A stretch of DNA of 64,000 bases, taken from contig OY970378.1 of the NCBI GenBank assembly GCA_963718875.1, positions 541,373 through 605,372 of the forward strand. Direction: 5' to 3'. A program made the translations under genes and the position numbers. The first letter of the stretch is position 1, and each line of letters begins with the position of its first letter. The notes beneath the pieces are model-generated. The model was not told the origin of the DNA. It saw only the letters and a program-made list of their open reading frames with translations, and did not search any database. The stretch comes from Candidatus Parcubacteria bacterium (GTDB taxonomy: Bacteria; Patescibacteriota; Saccharimonadia; UBA4664; JBIOIQ01). Shown one piece after another: positions 10,313 to 20,014 of the stretch.

Positions 10313-11670
10313 TGGCAAAATCGGGTGTAACAATGGAAGAGATAGCTTCACTTGCCAAGCGGCGTGGTTTTGTGTTTCAAACAAGTGAGATTTATGGTGG
10401 GCTGGCTGGATTTTGGGACTATGGTCCTTATGGAATTGAGCTGGCAAAAAACATTAAGGATGCTTGGTGGAAAGCATTTGTTTATTCTAATTCTAACGTA
10501 GTTGGTCTTGACACAACCATCATTCAAAATCCTGCGCTTTGGAAGGCCAGTGGACACGTAGATACCTTTGTAGACCCATTGGTTGACTGTAAAAACTGCA
10601 AGCATCGTTTTCGCGCCGATCACTTGGTTGATTTTGAGACAAAAAATCTCAAAGAGTACGACATGGCACTCGCTGATAAAGTATGTCCAAACTGTGGTAA
10701 AAAAGCTTGGACCGGCACCAAGCAGTTTAATATGATGTTTAAAACTTATGTGGGTCCAGTGGATGACGATACTGGACTAGCTTATTTGCGCCCTGAAACT
10801 GCGGGTGGAATTTTTGCTCAGTTTTTAAATGTGTTGGACACGAGCCGCCAAAAGATTCCGTTTGGTATTGCCCAGATAGGCAAAGGTTTTCGAAATGAAA
10901 TTACACCAGGAGATTTCATTTTTCGAGTTCGTGAATTTGACATGATGGAAATGGAATATTTTGTTGAGCCTGAAAATGGTAGTGCAGAACATTTGCGCTG
11001 GTTAGATTTTTGTCTAAGTTGGCTTAAATCGATTGGTTTGGCAGATGATAATCTTAAACTTTATAAACATTCAAAGGATGAACGTGCTCATTACGCAGCT
11101 GCTAGCACAGACATTCAGTTTAAGTTTCCGATGGGCTTTAAGGAGCTCTATGGAGTAGCCTACAGAACTGATTTTGATCTGACGGGGCAGAGCAAGGGGA
11201 GTGGTAAGGATTTATCTTACTTTGATGAGACAAGTAAAAAGCGCTACTACCCGCATGTAGTTGAGCCGGCAATTGGTGTAGGTCGGTTATTTTTAGCTCT
11301 GATGATATCGGCCTATCATGAAGAAGAGGTAAGTGGTGAGAAGCGAGTGGTACTTAAATTCCATCCCGATATTGCTCCGGTTAAAGTAGCAGTGCTGCCG
11401 TTATCCAAAAATGAAAAGTTGACACCTCTTGCCAAAGAGGTGTGGCAGCAGCTTTCTGGTAATTACAAAGTTGAATATGATGAGACTCAGTCGATCGGTC
11501 GGCGTTATCGCCGTCAAGACGAGATTGGTACGCCATTGTGCGTGACGGTGGACTTTGATTCGCTCGATGACAAGTCTGTGACAATTCGTCATCGCGATAC
11601 AATGAAACAGGAGCGGGTAAAGATTGTTGGGCTTGATGAAGCGATCCGAGAACAACTAAAAACGTTTTAG
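10312..11670 (+). CDS. glyQS: Glycine--tRNA ligase (alpha2 dimeric type)
   Basis: RGFVFQTSEIYGGLAGFWDYGPYG N-terminus and class II motifs; 452 aa. Confidence 0.9.
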   Translation: MAKSGVTMEEIASLAKRRGFVFQTSEIYGGLAGFWDYGPYGIELAKNIKDAWWKAFVYSNSNVVGLDTTIIQNPALWKASGHVDTFVDPLVDCKNCKHRFRADHLVDFETKNLKEYDMALADKVCPNCGKKAWTGTKQFNMMFKTYVGPVDDDTGLAYLRPETAGGIFAQFLNVLDTSRQKIPFGIAQIGKGFRNEITPGDFIFRVREFDMMEMEYFVEPENGSAEHLRWLDFCLSWLKSIGLADDNLKLYKHSKDERAHYAAASTDIQFKFPMGFKELYGVAYRTDFDLTGQSKGSGKDLSYFDETSKKRYYPHVVEPAIGVGRLFLALMISAYHEEEVSGEKRVVLKFHPDIAPVKVAVLPLSKNEKLTPLAKEVWQQLSGNYKVEYDETQSIGRRYRRQDEIGTPLCVTVDFDSLDDKSVTIRHRDTMKQERVKIVGLDEAIREQLKTF

Positions 11671-11814
11671 GGTATATATTTTTATTCCCTGAGCGAAGAT
11701 CGTTTAAGCGATCGTAGTCGAAGGGCACATTAAGTAAATAGTTTCATGACTTCAATAAAGCCGTCGTTTTTTATCCGGAAGCCGTCACATATTTGAATAG
11801 ACATTCTCCGAATT

Positions 11815-12000
11815 CCAAGCCCCTGTCCACTAAAACGGTACAGCCAAACTTCTAAGTAATGTAAATTGATCTGCTGGATCTTTAAAGCGCTCGCGGTGGC
11901 TTTTTTTGGCCTGGAGCTCTCGAAGCATCCTTGGAACAGCGAGTAAGAAACGATCTTTTAGTCCGAATAATACACCTGCCCTTAGTGGAGGAGTTATTGT
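11815..12000 (-). pseudogene. Degenerate remnant of an IS1595-family element end (C-terminal ~60 codons of a diverged transposase plus terminal repeat)
   Basis: ~70% nt identity to the 3' end of the IS at 37480..37620 (CTGTCCACTAAAACGG[T/A]ACAG...TAAGTAAT[G/A]TAAAT); minus-strand translation ...LLAVPRMLRELQAKKSHRERF...LLRSLAVPF* parallels copy ...FLPGLLREFQARKNHPELF...LLKSMSVPF*. Confidence 0.5.
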
Positions 12001-12071
12001 TTTCCTATAGGTCTAACATAGACTGCTTTTAAGCACTTTAAACACGTCTAACTTAGACCTATAATGGATCT

Positions 12072-12422
12072 ATGGTTACTTCCCGCGACGATGGAGATTA
12101 CATAATCTTAAGCAAGCTCGATACAAACATCCTTTTAGCTTTGGCAAGGGGACAGATGAATGGTTACGAACTCGGTCGTCAATGCGAAGCCGATTCAATG
12201 ACTGATTCCACAGTAAGTAATGGAGCCTTATATCATTCGTTAAACAGCTTAAGGCAGTCTGGGCTGATAGATACACTTAATCCTTCTGGTGGCGCTAAGA
12301 GACCCGGTAGGGAGTCGTTTGTGTATCGAATCAATGATACAGGAAGGTTAATGTTGAGATGGGAAGTGGATAAGTTGCAACATATTGTTGGTTTGGCAAA
12401 AGAAAGATTGGTTATCGATTAA
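12072..12422 (+). CDS. PadR-like winged-helix transcriptional regulator (putative)
   Basis: NGYELGRQ...GALYHSLNSLRQSGLI...RESFVYRINDTGR pattern matches PadR family. Confidence 0.45.
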   Translation: MVTSRDDGDYIILSKLDTNILLALARGQMNGYELGRQCEADSMTDSTVSNGALYHSLNSLRQSGLIDTLNPSGGAKRPGRESFVYRINDTGRLMLRWEVDKLQHIVGLAKERLVID

Positions 12423-12444
12423 TTTAAGGTTTAGTTAGGCCTAA

Positions 12445-12476
12445 AATAATCCCTTACCTAAGGGATTATTTTTATA
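12445..12476 (+). terminator. Rho-independent terminator-like hairpin (AAATAATCCCTTA-cc-TAAGGGATTATTT then TTTTAT); same hairpin core recurs at 52145
   Basis: 13-bp stem followed by T-run, 23 nt after the padR-like stop. Confidence 0.45.
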
Positions 12477-12485
12477 TCCGCTGTT

Positions 12486-12540
12486 GTGGGTACAACGTTG
12501 TAAAAAGTGCTTGACAGTGGGTAGCAGTGGGTAGTATCCT
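12486..12540 (+). promoter_or_regulatory. mraZ promoter with candidate MraZ operator (three GTGGG direct repeats)
   Basis: TTGACA 12511..12516; GTGGG at 12486, 12517 and 12527 (last two 10 bp apart, GTGGGTAG each); TAGTAT -10-like 12532..12537. Confidence 0.4.
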
Positions 12541-12585
12541 TATGACAGTGAGAGGGTAGAAACAAAAACATTAACGAGAAAAACG

Positions 12586-12942
12586 ATGGATTACTTCGAA
12601 CGAAGATTAGACGACAAAAACCGGCTGACTGTCCCAGCTGAACTGCGTCATGAATTCGAAGGCGGTACCATAGTAATAACTCGAGGTTTTCAAAACTACC
12701 TCCACTTGTACACGGCTCAAGTTTGGAACGAGAAAATGGAGCCAGCCCTCAAGGGCGACATTCTCGATGAGCGGATTGCAGATCTAAACGTCAAGTTCCG
12801 TAGCGGAAAAACAGCTGCTGGCATGGACGCAAAACAAGGTCGCATAACGCTAGAGCAGCACTTACTCGATTACGCTGGCATTACCAAAGACGTGGTGGCA
12901 GTACGTGCAGGGGATTACTGGAGAATCAGCCCCAAGCAATAA
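12586..12942 (+). CDS. mraZ: Transcriptional regulator MraZ
   Basis: Two DxxxR motifs (DDKNRLTVPAELR; DAKQGRITLEQHL). Confidence 0.8.
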   Translation: MDYFERRLDDKNRLTVPAELRHEFEGGTIVITRGFQNYLHLYTAQVWNEKMEPALKGDILDERIADLNVKFRSGKTAAGMDAKQGRITLEQHLLDYAGITKDVVAVRAGDYWRISPKQ

Positions 12943-13213
12943 GAGTCGTTCGACAAGTACCTTAACAAAAATCCAAAACAAAAATAAAGGATCAGCTATG
13001 TGGCAGTCAGCAAAGCGGTTATAAGAACACGCGCTAAACAGTTCTCGCACCTGTAGAAGATAACTCCACCTCACAAAACTTTTCCTACCCTTTAAGCGGT
13101 AGGACCTAAGGAATTATGAATTTAATTCCTTACCACAAAAAACTCCATTTTCGTCTTTTCTATAAGGCGATTCAAAACAAAAACGTTTAAACAAACAGCT
13201 GGCTGCTAGATAG

Positions 13214-14146
13214 GTGACCCTTAAAATGAAACAAAAACACCAACCAGTATTACTGACAGAAACGCTTGAGCTACTTCAGCCCCAGCCCGGTCAAAGTTAC
13301 CTTGATGGTACAGCCGGCTACGGTGGTCACGCAGCGCAAGTTATCGACCTGATAGGCCCTTCAGGACAAGTAGTACTGGTAGACCGAGATAGTGAAGCCA
13401 TTACGGCTTTAAAACAAATTTTTGGCGACAAAAGCGAGATAATCAAAGCTAATTATTTCGATGCCGCTCAAGAATTAAAAGACCGGGGCCAGCAATTTGA
13501 TATGATATTGCTTGATCTGGGCGTTTCTTCGCCGCAACTTGATACCCAGGAGAGGGGATTTAGCTTCAAAAGCTCGGAGCCACTTGATATGCGCATGGAT
13601 CGTACGCAGGCTCTTTCGGCCGCCGAGGTAGTAAACAGCTACAGCCAGACCGATCTGGCGAACGTCATCTTCCGCTATGGAGAGGAGCCTCGTTCCCGAC
13701 GGATTGCAGCAGCTATTGTTTCTGGTAGGCCAATTGCCACATCTGAGGAACTGGCAAATATCATACGAAAGGTAGTTCCCTCCACAGGTGGTATCGATCC
13801 GGCTACCCGTAGCTTCCAGGCAATTCGGATTGAAGTAAATGACGAGCTTGGTAGTTTGTCTAGAGCGCTCCCTTTGCTGGTTGAGTTACTGAATCCGGGT
13901 GGCCGAATAGCGGTAATCAGCTTTCACTCGCTAGAAGATCGGATCGTAAAGCAGTTCTTTGATACGGAGAGTCGTGATTGCATATGTCCCCCTAAACAGC
14001 CCATTTGTACCTGTGGGCACCTTGCTAGCATTGCAAAGCTCACGGCCAGGCCTATAAGTGGCCAAATTGATGCATTTAATCCGCGTGCACGCAGCGCAAA
14101 ACTGCGGGCCGTTGTAAAACTAAAAACAAAAACCAAAGGAGGCTAG
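13214..14146 (+). CDS. rsmH: 16S rRNA (cytosine1402-N4)-methyltransferase RsmH/MraW (ATG start likely 13226)
   Basis: HQPVLLTETLELL...YLDGTAGYGGHA. Confidence 0.9.
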   Translation: MTLKMKQKHQPVLLTETLELLQPQPGQSYLDGTAGYGGHAAQVIDLIGPSGQVVLVDRDSEAITALKQIFGDKSEIIKANYFDAAQELKDRGQQFDMILLDLGVSSPQLDTQERGFSFKSSEPLDMRMDRTQALSAAEVVNSYSQTDLANVIFRYGEEPRSRRIAAAIVSGRPIATSEELANIIRKVVPSTGGIDPATRSFQAIRIEVNDELGSLSRALPLLVELLNPGGRIAVISFHSLEDRIVKQFFDTESRDCICPPKQPICTCGHLASIAKLTARPISGQIDAFNPRARSAKLRAVVKLKTKTKGG

Positions 14147-14345
14147 TACATGACGGTAACTGTAACCGGTACATCTCGCCGGATCAAGATCCCAGTGCGT
14201 GTCGTTAAGTCCAGAAGGTAGACTAAACGATTAGCAGGGGAGTGGCTCCCGCTTTTTTGCGGGAGCCGCCGACCTGCAACACTTAACCGCAAAAACAACA
14301 AAGGTTTTTCGCTCGAATAAATAAAAACAAAAAGGAGCATGAAAT

Positions 14346-14669
14346 ATGTCGACTGCTGTTGCGTCTGTTAGACGTAATCAAAATATTTACCGAAGCCAAG
14401 CAAAGATGCGACTTGGCCCAACTTCTGTTGGATTCGTAACAATTGCGATTATTACCATTTTGGCTTTGTTGTATCTTACTCAAATAACAAAGACAAGCGT
14501 GTATGGCTATAAGCTTAGCGACCTAAGCCAGAAAAAAGCTAAAATATCACTGGCTCAGCAAGAGCTGGCCGTGGAAGCGGCGCGACTTCAGGCTATCCAG
14601 ACAATTCAAAACTCACCTACTGTGGCTAAAATGGTACCAGAGCAAAACTTAACCTATGCATCCAACTAA
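14346..14669 (+). CDS. ftsL: Cell division protein FtsL-like (single TM + coiled coil)
   Basis: 107 aa, one TM helix, position between rsmH and ftsI. Confidence 0.5.
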   Translation: MSTAVASVRRNQNIYRSQAKMRLGPTSVGFVTIAIITILALLYLTQITKTSVYGYKLSDLSQKKAKISLAQQELAVEAARLQAIQTIQNSPTVAKMVPEQNLTYASN

Positions 14670-14708
14670 CATTCAATCCGAGTTTTACGCTTTCAGTCAG
14701 GGGCTCGG

Positions 14709-16454
14709 TTGAGCTTTCGATACACAGTTCGGCCAGATCGGCGCATTAACTTGCTTAGCTGGTTGTTGGTGTTTTTTGGTTTGGCAATGATAGTCCGATT
14801 ATTTAGTCTTCAGGTGCTTAGTCGAGATCGTTATTTGGTTGAAGCAGCACATCAACAATCTCGCAAATTCGTGGTCCCGGCTGCTCGAGGCCAAATATAT
14901 ATATTAGATGGTAAAAACAAAACACCACTTGCACTTGTTCAAACACTGTTCTCTTTATACGTTGATCCTTCAATTATGAAAAACAAAAATGAGGTTGCGG
15001 TGGCGCTATCAGGAGTAACGCGCGACGATCCTGATGCGTATCTCAAATCCATGATGGCTCCTGGTGATTATGTAGTCTTGAAACGTGGGCTTTCCGCTTC
15101 GACTGCCGAAAAAATTAGGAATCTTAATTTGCTGGGGGTTGGCTTAACAACGGTTCAGCAGCGCTCATATCCCGAAGGTCAGCTTGCTAGCCAGCTGTTG
15201 GGGTTTGTAAATAATGATGGACTTGGGCAATATGGAGTAGAAGGGTATTTAAACAAAGAGCTTACAGGCACTCCTGGATTGCTTAACTTCCGCACCGATA
15301 CACAAGGCAACCCAATAGCAATAGCTGGTAGCTTTGAAAAATCTGCGGTTGATGGTCAAAGCTTTGTACTAAACATTGACCGTAATATCCAGGCGGAGGT
15401 GGAAAAAGTTATTAAATCTGCGGTTGAGGATTCTAAAGCAGTGTCTGGGAGTGTGATCGTGGTCGATCCCAATAACGGTGCGGTTAAAGCTATGGCTAAC
15501 TATCCAACTTATGATCCAAATAACTATGGCTCTGTGACGGATTACAACGTATTTAGTAATGATGTAGTAGCTAGTCAATTTGAGCCAGGCTCGGGTTTTA
15601 AAGTTTTTACAATGGCAGCGGGACTAGATAGCAAAAAAGTGACGTCTCAAACAATGTTTACTGATCCAGGATCAATTAAGATTGACGGTCGGACCATTTA
15701 TAACGCTGAAAAAAAGCAATATGCCGAGCCCCAGTCAATGCTAGATGTTATCCAAAAGTCACTGAATACTGGCGTTATTTATGTCCTCAAGGCAATGGGG
15801 GGGGATGTGGAAAACATAACTTTACCTGGCAAGCAGTTGTTTTCAAGCTATATTAAGCGCTTTGGCTTTGGTGTTGCTACTGGCATTCAACAGGCTGGTG
15901 AAGCGACAGGAACGGTAAATCCACCTTCAAATGCCAATGGTAATAATGTTAACTATGCTAATATGACATTTGGACAAGGCATCTCCGTAACCATGATGCA
16001 AATGGTAATGGCTGTTGCGGCGGTTGCGAATGGTGGCAAACTCTACCAGCCCCAGCTGGTTAACCAAGTAATTCTGCCTAATGGTGAAACAAAGGACATT
16101 GCTCCAAAAGTAGCCAACCCGCGTGTAATATCTAGTGCGACTGCTAGCGCGCTAGCTCAAATGATGATTGCGGTGGTCGAGAAAGGCTCGGGGTTTGCGG
16201 CGCGGGCTAAGGGTTATCAGATTGCAGGGAAGACTGGCACAGCTCAAATTCCTTTACCAGGTGGTGGGTATGATCCCAATAAAAATATTGGTTCATTTGT
16301 GGGATTTGCACCGGTCATAAATCCAAGATTTGTCTTAATGGTTCGAATCAACCAGCCTCAAACAAGTGCCTTTGCTGAAACTACTACTGTTCCTGCTTTT
16401 GGGGTGATTACGCGATGGCTGCTTAATTATTACCAAGTTCCACCGACTTCTTAG
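14709..16454 (+). CDS. ftsI: Peptidoglycan D,D-transpeptidase FtsI (class B PBP)
   Basis: SGFK (SxxK), SLN (SxN), KTGTA (KTG) motifs; N-terminal TM; TTG start at 14709. Confidence 0.8.
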   Translation: MSFRYTVRPDRRINLLSWLLVFFGLAMIVRLFSLQVLSRDRYLVEAAHQQSRKFVVPAARGQIYILDGKNKTPLALVQTLFSLYVDPSIMKNKNEVAVALSGVTRDDPDAYLKSMMAPGDYVVLKRGLSASTAEKIRNLNLLGVGLTTVQQRSYPEGQLASQLLGFVNNDGLGQYGVEGYLNKELTGTPGLLNFRTDTQGNPIAIAGSFEKSAVDGQSFVLNIDRNIQAEVEKVIKSAVEDSKAVSGSVIVVDPNNGAVKAMANYPTYDPNNYGSVTDYNVFSNDVVASQFEPGSGFKVFTMAAGLDSKKVTSQTMFTDPGSIKIDGRTIYNAEKKQYAEPQSMLDVIQKSLNTGVIYVLKAMGGDVENITLPGKQLFSSYIKRFGFGVATGIQQAGEATGTVNPPSNANGNNVNYANMTFGQGISVTMMQMVMAVAAVANGGKLYQPQLVNQVILPNGETKDIAPKVANPRVISSATASALAQMMIAVVEKGSGFAARAKGYQIAGKTGTAQIPLPGGGYDPNKNIGSFVGFAPVINPRFVLMVRINQPQTSAFAETTTVPAFGVITRWLLNYYQVPPTS

Positions 16455-16508
16455 TATGAATAAGGTTATGCTTATACCTGTAAATATGATACGATACCTC
16501 TAGAAGCC

Positions 16509-17555
16509 ATGCTAAAAACTCATATATTTTCAGCACCAATTATTCCCTTATCCCGGATATTTACTCAGTCAGTTTTAGCATTTGTGATTGCAATGGCGCT
16601 CACACCACTTTATACGAGTATCGCTTTTCGGTATAAGCTATGGAAACAAGTTCGTGATACGGCTGTGACTGGAGAAAAAGCTTTAGTTTTTCTGAAATTA
16701 CATTCAGCTAAGCACAACCGTCACATCCCTACGATGGCAGGCGTAATTACGATCGCCACAATACTACTCGTTACAGTACCACTGAATTTGAGTCGATCAC
16801 AGACCTATTTACCACTTTTTGCGCTCGTTGCGGCTGGGGCAGTAGGCGCGTTGGACGACTGGATCAACATTAAGGGTCCTGGGTTGGGGAAGGGTGGATT
16901 ACGCACTTGGATAAAGTTTGGTTTAATCTCAGCTATCGCCCTGGCGGGTGGACTGTATTTTTACTACAAACTAGGATACAACCTTATCCATATACCTAGA
17001 GTGGGGGATTTTGATATTGGCTGGTATTATATACCCCTATTTTATGCTGTCGTAGTGTCAACAGCCAATGCGGTGAACATAACCGATGGACTGGACGGGC
17101 TGTCGGGGGGGTTACTAGCGACGGCATTTGGAGCCTATACCGTAATAGCTTACTTTCAAGGTAATTTTGGACTTGCGGGATTTTGTGCGGCCATCGTGGG
17201 CGCTGTTTTAGCATATACATGGTTTAATATTTTTCCGGCTCGCTTTTTTATGGGGGATACGGGTTCATTTGCGCTTGGAACGGTTTTAGGAGTGGTGGCT
17301 ATGTTGACGAATTCTGTTTTTGTGTTGCCGATTATTGGAGCTGTTTTTGTGGTCGAGGCCGGGTCGAGCGTTTTACAGATTGCTTCAAAGAAAATATTAA
17401 AGCGAAAACTACTAAAGTCTGCGCCATTGCATCATCATTTAGAAGCTATTGGTTGGCCTGAAGTGAAGGTTACAATGCGGTTGTGGGTATTGGGACAGAT
17501 AGCTGGTACCATTGGCTTGATATTGGGTTTGTTAGGGAACAGAGGCGGCCAATGA
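16509..17555 (+). CDS. mraY: Phospho-N-acetylmuramoyl-pentapeptide-transferase
   Basis: NAVNITDGLDGL motif, 10 TM. Confidence 0.9.
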   Translation: MLKTHIFSAPIIPLSRIFTQSVLAFVIAMALTPLYTSIAFRYKLWKQVRDTAVTGEKALVFLKLHSAKHNRHIPTMAGVITIATILLVTVPLNLSRSQTYLPLFALVAAGAVGALDDWINIKGPGLGKGGLRTWIKFGLISAIALAGGLYFYYKLGYNLIHIPRVGDFDIGWYYIPLFYAVVVSTANAVNITDGLDGLSGGLLATAFGAYTVIAYFQGNFGLAGFCAAIVGAVLAYTWFNIFPARFFMGDTGSFALGTVLGVVAMLTNSVFVLPIIGAVFVVEAGSSVLQIASKKILKRKLLKSAPLHHHLEAIGWPEVKVTMRLWVLGQIAGTIGLILGLLGNRGGQ

Positions 17556-17706
17556 GCTTAACGACAGTCATACTTAGCGCACTTCAGTGTCAACGCCTGC
17601 GCACCGCACTCACCGTACCGCAAAGTACGTCTCTTTTACGGTGCTCGCGCCTCCTCGAATTGCATCTAAGTATGACTGTCGAATCTTTAGGAAGGACTAA
17701 AATTTT

Positions 17707-18924
17707 GTGAGACGAGCGGATGGGGCTGTTCGAGGACATAAGCCCGATTATGTTTTAGCGCTGGTGATTTTTGTTTTACTTAGTTTCGGGCTGGTGATTA
17801 TGTATTCAATAAGCCCGGTTTTGAGTCAAAAATTATTAGGAAGCACAAGTAGGAATTACTACTTTTACGGCCAGCTTATTAATATTTTTGTTGGTTTGGT
17901 TGCATGGGTATTGGCTACTCGAATTGAATATCGTTATTGGAAGGCTTGGGCGCCATTTTTTATGATAATATCGTTTGTGGCGTTGCTCGGTTTGTTGGTA
18001 CCAGGATTGAGCTATACTACCAATGGCGCTACAAGGTGGCTTAAGCTGGGGCCGGCATCTTTTCAGCCAGCTGAATTGCTTAAGCTGAGTACTGTATTGT
18101 ATCTGGCGGCTTGGTTTGAAAAACGTCGTGAAGGAGTAAAGACGGTTTGGGATGGGTTGTTCCCGTTCACGATTATGATGGCTGTCATAGGGTTTATATT
18201 GGTTGTTTTGCAACGCGATATGGGCACAGCCATAGTGCTTGCAGCAGCCTCCGTTGGAATGTATTACGTGGCAGGTGCTAGGCATCAGCATATTCTTGGC
18301 TTGGCGGCGGTGGGTTTAGGTGCAAGTTGGTTGGCAATTGTAACTTTTCCGCATCGGTTGCAGCGACTGGCTGCGTTTCTTCATCCGTCAAGCGATCCAA
18401 CTGGAGTGGGGTATCATATTAGCCAGTCCTTAATTGCTATAGGGTCAGGCGGAGTTGTAGGGCGTGGTCTGGGTAAAAGTCTGCAAATTTATGGCTATTT
18501 GCCTGAGGCAGCCAATGATTCTATCTTTGCCGTTATTGGAGAGCAAATTGGTTTTGCCGGATCGGTAGCGGTAATAATTTTGTTTGGAGTGCTGGTTTAT
18601 AGGGGATTTAAAATAGCTCGTATGACAACAGATATTTTTGCCCAACTGACGGCTGTCGGCGTTATTCTGTGGTTGGGAGTTCAGGCAGCCATTAACATAG
18701 CGGCTATGATTTCGTTGGTTCCATTAACGGGGATCCCACTTCCATTTATCAGCTATGGAGGAACAAGTCTGGTTTTTGCGTTGTTCGGGATAGGCATAGT
18801 TTTTAATATTTCAAAGTTTAGCACTAAAGAGGTGACACATGCGCATTCTAGTCAGCGGAGGAGGGACGGCCGGACATATAACGCCCATTCTGGCAACGCT
18901 CGACGCCTTAAAAGCTCACGATAA
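17707..18924 (+). CDS. ftsW: Peptidoglycan glycosyltransferase FtsW (SEDS family); GTG start
   Basis: SEDS membrane topology, position in dcw cluster. Confidence 0.8.
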   Translation: MRRADGAVRGHKPDYVLALVIFVLLSFGLVIMYSISPVLSQKLLGSTSRNYYFYGQLINIFVGLVAWVLATRIEYRYWKAWAPFFMIISFVALLGLLVPGLSYTTNGATRWLKLGPASFQPAELLKLSTVLYLAAWFEKRREGVKTVWDGLFPFTIMMAVIGFILVVLQRDMGTAIVLAAASVGMYYVAGARHQHILGLAAVGLGASWLAIVTFPHRLQRLAAFLHPSSDPTGVGYHISQSLIAIGSGGVVGRGLGKSLQIYGYLPEAANDSIFAVIGEQIGFAGSVAVIILFGVLVYRGFKIARMTTDIFAQLTAVGVILWLGVQAAINIAAMISLVPLTGIPLPFISYGGTSLVFALFGIGIVFNISKFSTKEVTHAHSSQRRRDGRTYNAHSGNARRLKSSR

Positions 18925-20014
18925 GTCCTTAGAAGTTCTTTACGTGGGGCAAAAGGGTGGTCTAGAAGGGCGTATTGCGGTTGCAGCTGGGTATCAGTTT
19001 GCTGCAATAGCGGCTGGTAAGTTTCGTCGTTTTGCTAATAGTAGTTGGTTAAAAAAACTGCAAGATGTACCGGCTGCAGTCTTGAATGTCCGAGACTTGA
19101 CTCGCGTTGTACGAGGTTTTGCGCAAAGTCGGCGAATTTTACGTCAATATGATCCAGACATCATTTTTATTAAAGGTGGTTACGTAGGGTTGCCAGTAGG
19201 GCTCGCTGCTAGAAGCCTCCGTCTTCCCTATATAATTCATGAATCAGATATGCGTCCCGGGCTAACAAACCGCATTTTGGCTAAGTATGCTGAGCAAATA
19301 GCCGTGGGGTTTCCGCTAGCGCTTTATAAAGGTTGGCAAATAGATAAGTTAGTTTATACTGGCAATCCGGTGCGGCGGGATCTACTTAACGCACATCGGT
19401 TAGAAGGGCTAGCAAAATTTAAACTTAGCTCTGACAAGCCGGTAATATTGGTATTTTGTGGAAGTCAGGGCGCCCAAGCTGTAAATGACGTAATACTAAG
19501 TAGTTTGACAGAGTTAACTAAGCGGTATCAAGTAATTCACGTAACTGGTGAGCGCAACATAGAAGAGGTACGGTTTAAAGTTAGCCGTTTAACTCTTGAA
19601 CATCCCGAAAGGTATCAAGCGCACTCTTATTTGACTGACACGTTGGCGGCTGCTTTAGCAGCTGCTGACCTCGTAATCGGCAGAGGAGGAGCTAACACGT
19701 TCTCGGAGCTTGCTGTACTTGCTAAACCTGTCATTATTATTCCTCATCCCGGGTTAGACGACCAGGTGCTTAACGCTACTACGCTTGCACGAGCCGGTGC
19801 TGTCAAGGTTATCCCACAAGAGCGGCTGAACGCGTCTTCGCTTGCTAGGCAAATTAACCAGATAATGGATTCGGGGGAAGAGCAGGATAGTCTAAGCCGC
19901 GCTATCGCCGAGTTTGCCTTACCGGATGCGGACCACAAACTGGCAAATCTAATCAAGGAAAATGCAAGAGTGCAAACAAAAACCGAACAAAAGGAATTAG
20001 TAGATGGCGATTAA
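18839..20014 (+). CDS. murG: UDP-GlcNAc--MurNAc-pentapeptide-undecaprenol GlcNAc transferase MurG
   Basis: MRILVSGGGTAGHITP N-terminus; overlaps ftsW 3' end by 86 nt in another frame. Confidence 0.85.
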   Translation: MRILVSGGGTAGHITPILATLDALKAHDKSLEVLYVGQKGGLEGRIAVAAGYQFAAIAAGKFRRFANSSWLKKLQDVPAAVLNVRDLTRVVRGFAQSRRILRQYDPDIIFIKGGYVGLPVGLAARSLRLPYIIHESDMRPGLTNRILAKYAEQIAVGFPLALYKGWQIDKLVYTGNPVRRDLLNAHRLEGLAKFKLSSDKPVILVFCGSQGAQAVNDVILSSLTELTKRYQVIHVTGERNIEEVRFKVSRLTLEHPERYQAHSYLTDTLAAALAAADLVIGRGGANTFSELAVLAKPVIIIPHPGLDDQVLNATTLARAGAVKVIPQERLNASSLARQINQIMDSGEEQDSLSRAIAEFALPDADHKLANLIKENARVQTKTEQKELVDGD

